Shown here: positions 47,701 through 56,533 of the stretch, piece by piece
Numbering within the stretch: position 1 is the stretch's first letter
Layout of the letters: every line of letters starts with the position of its first letter
Virus record (IMG/VR): IMGVR_UViG_3300008111_000003
DNA length: 64,000 nucleotides
Origin: a virus
Reading direction: 5' to 3' (one strand)
The notes under the pieces: generated by a model
What the model was told of the DNA's origin: nothing
What the model saw: the letters and a program-made list of their open reading frames with translations, nothing else
Database searches by the model: none
Program-made: the position numbers and the translations under genes

Positions 47701-48162
47701 GTTAGTATACAAAATGGTTTTGAGCTATATGAACTACACGATGTTGCCGTAACAGGAGCTATTGCTGGTCAATTTTTACAACGTAATGGTAGTGGTTTAT
47801 GGATTCCATCCAGTAGTGGTAATTTTACAACGCTACAAGTAAATAATACAGACGTAAGTTTAAATGGTCATACTCATACTAGTAATAATATAACAAACTT
47901 TAACTCTAGTGTTAGTGGATTGTTACCAGTGACAAATATAATAGCTGGTTCTAATATTGGAGTTTCACAATCTGGAACAGTATTTACTATTGCGGTAACC
48001 GGTCTAACGGCAGAAGATGTCGATGATAGAGTAGCAAACTTATTAATAGCTGGTACTGGTATAAGCTTAAATTATAATGATAATGCAAATACTTTGACAG
48101 TAAACACTACAACAAATATTATTAATAGTTCTAATTTATATTTATGGTCATCTTTTAGGTAA
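44767..48162 (+). CDS. long tail fibre protein
   Basis: 8x TGLQPSGNYS..GHxH repeats; PTAPT..GTNNTQIANTAFV and APSTLDTLNELA.ALGNDPNFAT fibre motifs. Confidence 0.9.
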   Translation: MSCFDVKILDPDINTITIESCIGDQPASIEVITYNNTNILEVNSCVALLPSDINDLIPVKDILPGSGIGIVSTSGIYTISLNDPNLTSSDIIDFLESVQDIIGQSGLYAGNYINLSYNDTTGFTTISVTGLQPSGNYSVVGHTHISSNITDFNSSVSGLLPIKNITAGSGIGISSVSGDYIVSVTGTFGLTSEEVDDRVSKLLIADNYVNLNYDDIANSLTISVTGLQPSGNYSLAGHTHFSSDITDFSSSVSGLLPPSNFTSLIGVSGITVSNSGTNYTVSLTDPTIQLADITDLSSNSRTFLLTPSSSNLATLITDETGSGFLVFNNSPTLSGIPTAPTAPSGTNNTQIANTAFVRTEISNLINSAPSTLDTLNELASALGNDPNFATSVTNSLASKAALAGAIFTGPVTIPSGTGNFNSLTVNGIGISLSGHSHTIADIINFNSGVSGLLPNITGINYIISNFSDNIYSIGVTGLQPSGNYSVVGHTHSSLDITNFNSSVSGLLPTVTGIDQVTSKFTNNTYTISVTGLQPSGNYSVVGHAHITSDITNFSSGVSGLLPGVSGSGYAVSNFANNIYTISVTGLQPSGNYSAVGHNHTISDITNFSSGVKNIVSTTLVAGTGIVFDENLINNTFTISTTGLQPSGNYSIVGHVHTSSDITNFDNSVSGLLPVKNISAGSGIGVTSLSGDYTVSVTGTFGLTSEEVDDRISSLLIAGNYINLNYNDNLNSLTISTTGLQPSGNYSLVGHTHVSSEITNFNSSVSGLLPSITGSGYITSNFSNNIYNLSVTGLQPSGNYSLIGHNHSSSEITDFNTSVSGLIQVKDILGGTNVSIGSSSGVYTVSITGGVVASSASSLTVSCHNLTGSTINRMSAVYINGGHGNEPTISLAIANSESTSSKTFGLAVEDINDNNSGDVIVIGSLIDVNTDQFGVVEGTTLYLSPSISGALTTIKPLAPNHLVTIGKIVRNHINQGIIQVSIQNGFELYELHDVAVTGAIAGQFLQRNGSGLWIPSSSGNFTTLQVNNTDVSLNGHTHTSNNITNFNSSVSGLLPVTNIIAGSNIGVSQSGTVFTIAVTGLTAEDVDDRVANLLIAGTGISLNYNDNANTLTVNTTTNIINSSNLYLWSSFR

Positions 48163-48172
48163 GGAGAAATTT

Positions 48173-48562
48173 ATGGCTCTTAATCCAGCGTTTGCTGTTA
48201 CACCAAGAATAGGTAGTGTTGCATTGTCATCCTCTGCTGATACATCTTATACATCTCCCACAAATACCGTAACTGTAATCACGGGAGCCTCTTCTGGTAC
48301 TCGTATAGCTGAAGTAGTTGTGCAAATGACAAATACCGTGGCTAGTGCCACAATGGTTAGATTATTCTTAAATGATGGTTCTAGTAATTTTTTATTTGAT
48401 GAGATTGCTATACCTGCTGCAACAGGATCTCAGAGTGTTAAGCAAACAAGGGTGGCTACTATTTACAATAATCTAATATTACCATCATCTTCTTGGACTC
48501 TAAGGGCCACTGTTCATACTGTTAATGCAGGAGTAGTAACCGCTCTTGGCGCAGATTTATGA
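48173..48562 (+). CDS. virion protein (fibre-associated)
   Basis: AGGAG SD; position. Confidence 0.65.
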   Translation: MALNPAFAVTPRIGSVALSSSADTSYTSPTNTVTVITGASSGTRIAEVVVQMTNTVASATMVRLFLNDGSSNFLFDEIAIPAATGSQSVKQTRVATIYNNLILPSSSWTLRATVHTVNAGVVTALGADL

Positions 48563-49407
48563 ATAACGGCATATTGAGTCAATCATTAGATCAAGGTATA
48601 ACTCTTCCATTTCCTATGCAGGAACAAAGATCAGTTATAGTTAATACATATGGAATTCAATCATTATCTCGTCAACCCAATCAAATATCTAATCTTTTAG
48701 CATGGTATGATGCAGCAGATTTGAAGACTCTATTTATTAATAGCAATGGTACCAATCCTGTTAGCTCTAATAATAATCCTATTGGTTGTTGGTTAGACAA
48801 AGGACCATCAAGATTTCATATGACTCAATCTACTAATAATAATAGACCAATTTTGAATATTTCTCCACAATCTGTTAATAGATTACCATCAGTATTATTT
48901 GATGGAATCAATGATTTTTTATTTAATTCTATACCATTTGTTCTTAATACATTATTAACAATATCTTTTGTTGTTCAAAGACAATCAGATACCGTGGCTC
49001 CTCATGTTGCGCCAATTATAACCTGTGGCCGTGCTGGATCATCAGACAATTTGCTAGAAATATCTTTAAGAAATACATACGCCACGGCTGGTACAGAAAA
49101 TGATCTTAGAGGAGGCGGCATGAGACGTAATGGAAGACAATCAGTAAGTACTGGAAATGCACCAACATCTTTTATGATTGGTTCTTCAACATGGGGTATT
49201 AGAACCATAGCAAATCTATCAGATGGTACCATACTTGGAGCATTAAGAGATAGTTCTGGAGATATCGGTTTTACATGTTGCGGAAACTTTTTTTTACCAG
49301 GAAGAATATGCGAACTAATTATTCATAGTAGAATATTAACTATATCAGAAAGAATATCTTTAGAAGTTTATTTATCCAATAAGTGGAATATAGGTATTAC
49401 ATTATGA
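48559..49407 (+). CDS. lectin-like (LamG/ConA-type) virion protein
   Basis: WYDAAD...W.DK...Q.....RP...FDG.ND...G.I.E.I.....L...ER...YL..KW. Confidence 0.7.
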   Translation: MNNGILSQSLDQGITLPFPMQEQRSVIVNTYGIQSLSRQPNQISNLLAWYDAADLKTLFINSNGTNPVSSNNNPIGCWLDKGPSRFHMTQSTNNNRPILNISPQSVNRLPSVLFDGINDFLFNSIPFVLNTLLTISFVVQRQSDTVAPHVAPIITCGRAGSSDNLLEISLRNTYATAGTENDLRGGGMRRNGRQSVSTGNAPTSFMIGSSTWGIRTIANLSDGTILGALRDSSGDIGFTCCGNFFLPGRICELIIHSRILTISERISLEVYLSNKWNIGITL

Positions 49408-49700
49408 ATAGATTTTTCAGAGCTTATGAATCGGAATATAATAGGATGTTGTCTCTATTTAATGAGTATTTAAGTTTGCCATCTAATGGTCAGGAAAACG
49501 CTTTTGATACAATAGAATACGCAAAAAAAGATTCTAATAATAGATATTATGTTGCTATTTCTACAGAAGATATTTCGTATGATATTATAAAAAATATTTT
49601 AGACGATTTGTTAAATAAAAATGAAATAGAAGAAATAGATCAAACAGCTTATATATTACTAACAAGAAATATTCCAAATAATTATGACAATACGCATTAA
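49404..49700 (+). CDS. hypothetical protein
   Basis: ATGA overlap. Confidence 0.55.
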   Translation: MNRFFRAYESEYNRMLSLFNEYLSLPSNGQENAFDTIEYAKKDSNNRYYVAISTEDISYDIIKNILDDLLNKNEIEEIDQTAYILLTRNIPNNYDNTH

Positions 49701-50691
49701 TCGTAATAAACTATTTAAAAATAAATGTTTATTAAAAATTGATAAAAGTATTATACCAAATCATATCAATTCTTTTACAGCTAATAAATTACTTAATAAA
49801 AATCCTAACACTAGTAGTTTAATATATTCCTCGCAGGATCCTTATTTTAATGGTTTGGGTAAATTTATCAGAAATCCAAATTGTTGGCTAAATGGTGTTA
49901 CAAATATTAGTTGCTTTAGTCCTGCTCAACTTAGCGGTGCTAATTGGTGGCAAAGAGCAGGAACATTAATCACCCGTAAACATGTATTATTTGCTGCTCA
50001 TTTTCAAACAAGCGTGATTCCCGGTGGTACTCCTTTGGTTTTTGTAGATGATAATAATAATGTTATACGTAGAAATATTATACAATATGGGCTTGATCGT
50101 GATAGTGGTGGTATATATGGAACCGACATATCTATAGCCCTACTAGATAGTGAGGTGCCAAGCAATATTAAAATTGCTAAAGTACTACCGACTAATTTCA
50201 AAAATTATATAAATGTAAATATTATTAATTCTATATACGATCAATATGCTCCGCCAGATACTAATACTTTTACTAATATTCCATTTTTATATGCTGTAGG
50301 ATTAAATCAGAATGAAAAAGCTATTCTTAAATTATGGACAAGCTGTAATCTATGGTCTGCCGGTAGTGGAGGATTTTCAAATTTATTATGGTATTTATCA
50401 GCTAGTACCACAAATATAGATCCTAATGGATCTTATGCGCTTATGAATCCGCAGCCTCAACAATTTGCTGCGTGGAGTGATAATATAGTAATTGGAGATA
50501 GTGGTAGTCCTTTATTTATTATAATAGATAATGAATTAGTAGTTTTGACAACATGGCTAACTCCAACATCTGGGCCCTTTATTACTAATAGATATAATCA
50601 AGTAAATAATATTATAGAAAGTTTATCCCCAGGACAAGGATATAGTTTAACTCCAATAGATCTAAGTGCAATCTATTCTAAATATGCATAA
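49684..50691 (+). CDS. trypsin-like serine protease, virion-associated
   Basis: GTLIT.KH..FAAH, DISIA.L, GDSGSP. Confidence 0.8.
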   Translation: MTIRINRNKLFKNKCLLKIDKSIIPNHINSFTANKLLNKNPNTSSLIYSSQDPYFNGLGKFIRNPNCWLNGVTNISCFSPAQLSGANWWQRAGTLITRKHVLFAAHFQTSVIPGGTPLVFVDDNNNVIRRNIIQYGLDRDSGGIYGTDISIALLDSEVPSNIKIAKVLPTNFKNYINVNIINSIYDQYAPPDTNTFTNIPFLYAVGLNQNEKAILKLWTSCNLWSAGSGGFSNLLWYLSASTTNIDPNGSYALMNPQPQQFAAWSDNIVIGDSGSPLFIIIDNELVVLTTWLTPTSGPFITNRYNQVNNIIESLSPGQGYSLTPIDLSAIYSKYA

Positions 50692-50778
50692 TTGGTGTAT
50701 AAGTATATTACTAAATATTAATAATGATCTTTTAGTGTAATATTAAATATTCTCTTTATAATATAACTATATTTAATA

Positions 50779-50957
50779 ATGTTTAAAGTTTGTACTCAGT
50801 GTAAAATACCTAAAGACTTAGCAGATTTCCCAAATTATAAAATGGGAAAATATGGAAAATTATCTAAATGCAGAACGTGTGATAAAATTAATCAAAGAAT
50901 ATGCAGCCATTATGGTGGGATCAGAATATAGCAAAATCAGATTCTGTTCTGGTGTAA
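50779..50957 (+). pseudogene. internally deleted, frameshifted HNH endonuclease relic
   Basis: MFKVCTQCK..K...F...K.GKYG..SKCRTC (50779-) fused out of frame to NMQPLWWDQNIAKSD (50898-50957). Confidence 0.8.
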
Positions 50958-50978
50958 ATATAGTCTGGAGTATTAATT

Positions 50979-51314
50979 ATGAAATATAAGCCAGGTTGGA
51001 AGACTTCAGAATTTTATTTCACACTAGTAAGTTTTTTATTTAGTGGCGCTTATTTACTAGGATTATTAGAGAGCGTCTCTCAAAAAGATGATCTTATAAG
51101 CGAAACTAATAAAGGTTTAGAAGCACTCATACTCATTATGGGACAATTAGCAGTACTATTTAGATATATTAAGGGGCGCACAGAAATTAAAAAAGCCTGG
51201 TGGACTACTGCTAGTCCAGAAGAACGAAAAATAGTTAATGAGCGTAATATAAAAGGAGCTAAAAATGTCAAACCAAGAACTAATAAAAAACGAAGTAGAA
51301 AAACTAATAGTTAA
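50979..51314 (+). CDS. holin-like membrane protein
   Basis: KPGWKTSEF N-terminus, two TMs, basic tail; GGTGTA at 50951. Confidence 0.6.
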   Translation: MKYKPGWKTSEFYFTLVSFLFSGAYLLGLLESVSQKDDLISETNKGLEALILIMGQLAVLFRYIKGRTEIKKAWWTTASPEERKIVNERNIKGAKNVKPRTNKKRSRKTNS

Positions 51315-51651
51315 TACTAAAGATAGTATTGGTTATGTTAAAAAATTTGCATTAAATGAAGCATGGAAACTATTACAATTAAATACAGCAACGATTGTAC
51401 AAATCATAGAAGCTATTGGTAATGATCTTAGTAGTCCCAAAAAAAAGGACTTAGCAATGGAGTTGCTTAATAGGTTCTATGATAAAATTTTTATTGTAGT
51501 TGACATTCCCTTTGTACCGAGCATAATTGAACCTATTATACATAGGTACATCAAAAGTATTCTCATGATCATGGTGAGTGCCACAATTGATGCTACTGTT
51601 ACCATTTTTAGAAATACGGGCGTTTTCATTAAAAAAGAGGCAGGTTTATGA
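51265..51651 (+). CDS. hypothetical protein
   Basis: AGGAG SD; KK..A...YD...DIP.VP..IE. Confidence 0.7.
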   Translation: MSNQELIKNEVEKLIVNTKDSIGYVKKFALNEAWKLLQLNTATIVQIIEAIGNDLSSPKKKDLAMELLNRFYDKIFIVVDIPFVPSIIEPIIHRYIKSILMIMVSATIDATVTIFRNTGVFIKKEAGL

Positions 51652-52025
51652 ATTACACAGAAAGTTTCGGTGAATTTGCTAGCAAAGTAACTCCAACGGA
51701 TCTTGCGTTATATGCTGGTGCTGGTTTGGTACTATGGGTATTGTTTAAAGAAAAACTTAGTCCCGTACAAGAATTTTTAGGTGGACTGGTAGAAAAAGTA
51801 AAAGGTGTACTATCATCTAATAAAACACCAACAGTACCAGTATTTCAACCAAGCGTTCCTGTTCTAGAAACAACAGATAAAGAAGATGTCTTTTTTAAGT
51901 TGGTTGTGAGTTGGAAACAAACACGAGATTTGGCTGTTGCTAGTGGATGCGATGAGGCTGTCAAAGTGGCCGATCAAATGTTTCCATATTTAAGTCCGGT
52001 AGTTTGTGGAAAGGAAAAAGTATGA
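51648..52025 (+). CDS. single-TM membrane protein
   Basis: LALYAGAGLVLWVLF. Confidence 0.7.
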   Translation: MNYTESFGEFASKVTPTDLALYAGAGLVLWVLFKEKLSPVQEFLGGLVEKVKGVLSSNKTPTVPVFQPSVPVLETTDKEDVFFKLVVSWKQTRDLAVASGCDEAVKVADQMFPYLSPVVCGKEKV

Positions 52026-52513
52026 ACTCGAAAACATTACTATTGTTAATTGCGGCGTGTCTAATCGCAGTAGGATTATTTAAACCTAGTTTACCCACGC
52101 TAGATAATACTGATTATGCTGTCGGTTCTGTAAATGTTGTTAAGCCATCTAATAAAGAACTATTGGATGAGTGTGAATCTGTTACCAAAGCTCTAAAAAG
52201 TGGACCATCTAGTAGAAAGGTTGATGGTAAAAGATTAGCCTCTTTATATTTGGATCTTGCTACTCTAGTTAGTTTGGATGGTGAAGATTGTATTATTAAA
52301 AATACAGAAGAAATTCGTCAAGCTAACAGATTGGCCGGAATTATGCTTAAATTGGATATGAAAGGCAAGTATGAGAATCTCGCAGAAGCCGGAACTAATC
52401 TCATTAAAGCCGCTATAGGTGACGATAGTGTATTATTAGATGATAGCCTAAGAGAAAAAGCGGTTGAAGGTTTTAATGCTCTCGCTTGGGCATGCTATAT
52501 GGGATCTCAATAA
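52022..52513 (+). CDS. exported/membrane-anchored hypothetical protein
   Basis: signal-like N-terminus MNSKTLLLLIAACLIAVG. Confidence 0.7.
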   Translation: MNSKTLLLLIAACLIAVGLFKPSLPTLDNTDYAVGSVNVVKPSNKELLDECESVTKALKSGPSSRKVDGKRLASLYLDLATLVSLDGEDCIIKNTEEIRQANRLAGIMLKLDMKGKYENLAEAGTNLIKAAIGDDSVLLDDSLREKAVEGFNALAWACYMGSQ

Positions 52514-52517
52514 TAAA

Positions 52518-53057
52518 ATGAAAAACTGTAATAAGTGCAAGTTATCTCAAGAAGATACTAATTTTTATAAGGATAAGACCAGACATGATGGGTTGGAATA
52601 CATATGTAAATCTTGTGCTCAGAAAAAAAAACAAAAATATAAATCTCATAATTATGAAATTTTACAAAAAAAAGCACTAAATTACTCCAGAAGACCAGAT
52701 ATTAAAATAAAAAGCAGGCTAAGAAAAAAAGAAAGACTTAAAACAGATATAAGTTATAGAATGTCAGAAAATATTAGACGCAGAATTAATTTAGCTCTAC
52801 ACGGAAAAAATAAATCTAAATCTACATTAGATATGCTTGGTTGTTCAATAGATTTTCTTAAACAATATATATCTAATAAATTTGATAAAAATATGAGTTG
52901 GGATAATTATGGATTATATGGTTGGCACATAGATCATATCATACCATTATCATCAGCAAAAAATAAAGAAGAATTAGAAAAATTATGTCACTATTCAAAT
53001 CTGCAACCACTGTGGGCAAAAGACAATTTACAAAAAAGCAATAAAATAAAGGCATAA
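52518..53057 (+). CDS. HNH homing endonuclease
   Basis: CNKC...CKSC; GWHIDHIIPLS...HYSNLQPLWAKDN. Confidence 0.88.
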   Translation: MKNCNKCKLSQEDTNFYKDKTRHDGLEYICKSCAQKKKQKYKSHNYEILQKKALNYSRRPDIKIKSRLRKKERLKTDISYRMSENIRRRINLALHGKNKSKSTLDMLGCSIDFLKQYISNKFDKNMSWDNYGLYGWHIDHIIPLSSAKNKEELEKLCHYSNLQPLWAKDNLQKSNKIKA

Positions 53058-53059
53058 TT

Positions 53060-53983
53060 ATGGCTAGATTAACATCTCAACAATTATATGAAAAATATAA
53101 AAATGGATTTAGTGGTTGTATATATGAACCCCATGTTTATGATTTATTTATGGAAAATGCTAAATATGCTTATTTTAGCGATGGTGCTAAAAAAATAAAA
53201 AATAGTGGTAAGGGATTATTAAGCAGGCCATACTTATCATATTTAAAATTTGATCAAGAAGCATTCACTGAAAGACAAACTTTAGGAGATTGTACTAGTC
53301 ATAGTACAAGGAACGCGTGTGATATAAGCAGAGCCGTAGAAATCGATATTAAAAAAGAAAAAGAAGGATGGGTTGCAAGAGGGGCAACAGAAGCTATCTA
53401 TGGTCAAAGAGGTCACGGAGGAGAAGGTTCTAGTTGTGCTAGAACAGTAGAATTTGTTACTAAAATTGGTGGTATTATAGCAAGAAAAAATTATCCTGGA
53501 ATTGCAGATTTTAGTAAATATAATGGGAGCATGGGGGGTAAGTGGGGATCGAGAGGGTTGCCAGATAAGGTTTTAGATTTGGCTAATGATTATCAGATGA
53601 AAACCGCTAGTCAGATTAGAACCATAGAAGAAGCACGAGATGCTCTTGCTAATGGTTATGGTATAACAGTATGTAGTGATCAAGGATTTAGTAGTGTTAG
53701 AGATAAAAAAGGATTTGCAAAACCACAAGGCTCATGGGCGCATGCGATGTGTTGGGCTGCTTGTGATGATACTGGTAACGATATGAGTTTTTTAATATGT
53801 AATAGTTGGGGTAAGTGGAATGATGGTGGGCATCCAGAATGGGGTCAATTACCAAATGGTTCATTTTTAATTCATAGTGATATCGCAGAAAGAATGATTA
53901 AACAAAATGGAGCATTCGCAATTAGTAACTTCGACGGTTTCCCACTGCAAAAATTACCAGATTACGGATTCGATTACTTATAA
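53060..53983 (+). CDS. papain-like (C1) cysteine peptidase
   Basis: Q..GDC, HAM, NSWG catalytic motifs. Confidence 0.85.
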   Translation: MARLTSQQLYEKYKNGFSGCIYEPHVYDLFMENAKYAYFSDGAKKIKNSGKGLLSRPYLSYLKFDQEAFTERQTLGDCTSHSTRNACDISRAVEIDIKKEKEGWVARGATEAIYGQRGHGGEGSSCARTVEFVTKIGGIIARKNYPGIADFSKYNGSMGGKWGSRGLPDKVLDLANDYQMKTASQIRTIEEARDALANGYGITVCSDQGFSSVRDKKGFAKPQGSWAHAMCWAACDDTGNDMSFLICNSWGKWNDGGHPEWGQLPNGSFLIHSDIAERMIKQNGAFAISNFDGFPLQKLPDYGFDYL

Positions 53984-54150
53984 GGAGATTTTATGAAACT
54001 ATTAGACAGAATAGCTCTTCAAAGATTAATCTCTATGCTATTAACTTTTATACTAGCTGTACTAAAGATGTTTGCTCCAAAAACTATTGAAGATGATTCT
54101 TCTGTAGAAGATGATAAAAGGTGGCGCCCAAGATGGAGACGTAAGAAAAA

Positions 54151-54519
54151 ATGAAAACACTATCTTTTGTACTATTAGCCTCGGTATTAATTTTTGGTAG
54201 TCAATATACCGGCTCCACACTATCCTCTGTTGTTTTGAGTGGCGGTATAATCAAAGCACAAAATAGTCCAGTAGATCACAAATATGCTAGAAAAAATTGT
54301 CCTATTTGTAAAGGTACTGGTAAGTATCTTAGTGGCGACGGTATAAAAATGGTGGATTGTGGATACTGTGAACCACCAAAAACTCAAAATATTACCCACC
54401 CACAGTCGGTTATAAAACAGATTCCACAATGTAATGATACCCAGTGTGATATTCCTAAAGCTTATCAAACTTCTCCTCCTAGAAAAATATATTACCCACA
54501 GAGAGTTTATAAGAGATGA
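54151..54519 (+). CDS. exported protein with DnaJ-type CxxCxGxG motif
   Basis: signal peptide; CPICKGTG...DG....C.YC. Confidence 0.65.
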   Translation: MKTLSFVLLASVLIFGSQYTGSTLSSVVLSGGIIKAQNSPVDHKYARKNCPICKGTGKYLSGDGIKMVDCGYCEPPKTQNITHPQSVIKQIPQCNDTQCDIPKAYQTSPPRKIYYPQRVYKR

Positions 54520-54908
54520 ATAATATTGAATTAAAAAATATAGCCACAAAAATACTTCATAAAACTAATATTTCGGAAGATCAAAAGTTTGGTAGTGTTA
54601 TTGCCATATTAATGATTATTAGTATAGTATTAACTCTTGTAAGAATATTACAAGAATGTAATAAAAATAAATTAAGCTCAGATTGTTCAGCAGAACAGAA
54701 GTACGGTCTTTATGGTGAAAATATTAAGTCGTATAGTAGTCGTCGGGGATGGTTTACTAAAATGAGAATCAAAAAAGTTCTTCGTCGTGAACTAAGTCCA
54801 GAAGACTACCAAAAATATAGTTTCCAGCTATTAAATGCTATATTAGATAGTGGAGAAAATGTAACTCAAGAAGAAGTAATAACCCTAGTGGAGAATGCCC
54901 ATGTTTGA
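54516..54908 (+). CDS. single-TM membrane protein
   Basis: hydrophobic segment then QEC. Confidence 0.65.
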   Translation: MNNIELKNIATKILHKTNISEDQKFGSVIAILMIISIVLTLVRILQECNKNKLSSDCSAEQKYGLYGENIKSYSSRRGWFTKMRIKKVLRRELSPEDYQKYSFQLLNAILDSGENVTQEEVITLVENAHV

Positions 54909-55149
54909 TATTATAGTATGGTGTGTATATGGTTTATTTGTGGGTTCCATAGCCAAGAGCATAGTACCTGGTGAAGAAAATTTTGGCTTTGTGAAAACTG
55001 TTGCTTTAGGCGTAATTGGTTCGTATACTGGTGGAGCCATACTATACCTATTAGGGTCATATAGTTCAGTATCTCCTGCTGGTATTTTTATGGGTATTGC
55101 TGGATCAATAGTATCACTAATAGTATATAATAAATTAGTGTTAAAATGA
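54901..55149 (+). CDS. GlsB/YeaQ/YmgE (transglycosylase-associated) membrane protein
   Basis: IIVW...GL.VG.IAK.I.PG....G...T..LG..GS..GG. Confidence 0.85.
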   Translation: MFDIIVWCVYGLFVGSIAKSIVPGEENFGFVKTVALGVIGSYTGGAILYLLGSYSSVSPAGIFMGIAGSIVSLIVYNKLVLK

Positions 55150-56531
55150 GATGCTGCGGGCCTATTGATAGAAGATCTTTTCTAGAAATTGGTTCTTTAG
55201 GATTTGCTGGATTGACATTATCGGATATGATCCAACTACAAGCAGTAGAACCCAAACCTAGAAAGTCTTTGATTTTTATATGGTTACCCGGTGGTGTTTC
55301 TCAGTTAGAAACGTATGATCTTAAACCGCAAGCGCCAGACGAATATAGAGGTCTATTAAAACCAATTAATACTAATATTAATGGTATACAAATAAGTGAA
55401 CTATTTCCAAAGCAATCCAAGATTGCAGACAAGTTTACTATTATTCGCTCAATGAGTCATTCTTTTACCGATCATGGTGGCGGCTCTAAAAGAGTTATGA
55501 TGGCTAGAAGACCAGCAACACCAACAGGAACTATTAATGACCACCCGTCAACCTGTTCAATGATAAATAGATTTACAGAAAAAAATAATACATCATCTAT
55601 ACCTAATAGTATTATTTTAGGAGATAGTGGAGCAACCAAACCCGATAGCATAGCTTTGGGCGCAGCATATCTAGGACCACAGTATACCCCATTTGAAGTT
55701 GATGGGGATCCATCAAAACATAATTTTAAAGTTAATTCATTATCCCTAAGCATGGGTTTAACTTCTGAAAGACTAGATAATAGAATGAATTTACTCAAAT
55801 CTATAGATAAAGTTGATCGCTCAATAGATTTAACAAAATCGATGTCTACTATGGATAAGTTTCATGATCAGGCACAAAATTTATTATTTAGTTCCTCTGT
55901 GAAAGCTGCGTTTGATGTTTCTCTAGAAAAAGAAAATATAAGATTAAAGTATGGTCAACACGCCTGGGGACAAAGAGCTTTAATGGCAAGACGATTAATC
56001 GAAGCTGGATGCGGTAGTGTTATTGTTACTATGAGTAATCCTAGTGTATCTATTAAACCGCCGACAGATAATACTTATTATAACTGGGATTGTCATGCTG
56101 TTAATACTCATTTATTTGATGATATGAAATTTAGAGCGCCATTATATGACGAAGCCATAGCTGCTCTAATAGAAGATGTTTATGATAGAGGATTAGATAA
56201 GGATGTTATGATTGTAGTAATGGGTGAATTTGGACACACTCCAAAATTAGAATATAAATCTGGTAAAGGTGGAAAAATTTGGCCGGGCAGAGATCATTGG
56301 TCAAAAGCATATTCAATTCTTGTTTCTGGTGGTGGCTTTAAAATGGGTCAGGTTATTGGCAAGTCTGATGACAAGGGAGCTTTTGTTGAAGATAGAATGA
56401 TATTACCAGAAGATTTATGGACTACAATATTTTATCATATGAATATTAATCCAAAAAGTATTATCCATGATTTTACTGGTCGACCAATACCACTTTTACC
56501 AGAAGGTAATCTTATAAAGGAATTAATATAA
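55146..56531 (+). CDS. DUF1501-family protein (Planctomycete type) with Tat signal
   Basis: DRRSFL; IFIWL.GG.SQLETYDLKP.AP...RG; WDCH; MGEFG.TP; GRDHW; GGG.K.GQVIG.SD. Confidence 0.88.
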   Translation: MRCCGPIDRRSFLEIGSLGFAGLTLSDMIQLQAVEPKPRKSLIFIWLPGGVSQLETYDLKPQAPDEYRGLLKPINTNINGIQISELFPKQSKIADKFTIIRSMSHSFTDHGGGSKRVMMARRPATPTGTINDHPSTCSMINRFTEKNNTSSIPNSIILGDSGATKPDSIALGAAYLGPQYTPFEVDGDPSKHNFKVNSLSLSMGLTSERLDNRMNLLKSIDKVDRSIDLTKSMSTMDKFHDQAQNLLFSSSVKAAFDVSLEKENIRLKYGQHAWGQRALMARRLIEAGCGSVIVTMSNPSVSIKPPTDNTYYNWDCHAVNTHLFDDMKFRAPLYDEAIAALIEDVYDRGLDKDVMIVVMGEFGHTPKLEYKSGKGGKIWPGRDHWSKAYSILVSGGGFKMGQVIGKSDDKGAFVEDRMILPEDLWTTIFYHMNINPKSIIHDFTGRPIPLLPEGNLIKELI

Positions 56532-56533
56532 TC

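Noticed and set aside
50701-50760. AT-rich imperfect inverted repeat as origin or terminator
   Set aside because: Expected by chance at this AT content; no iterons
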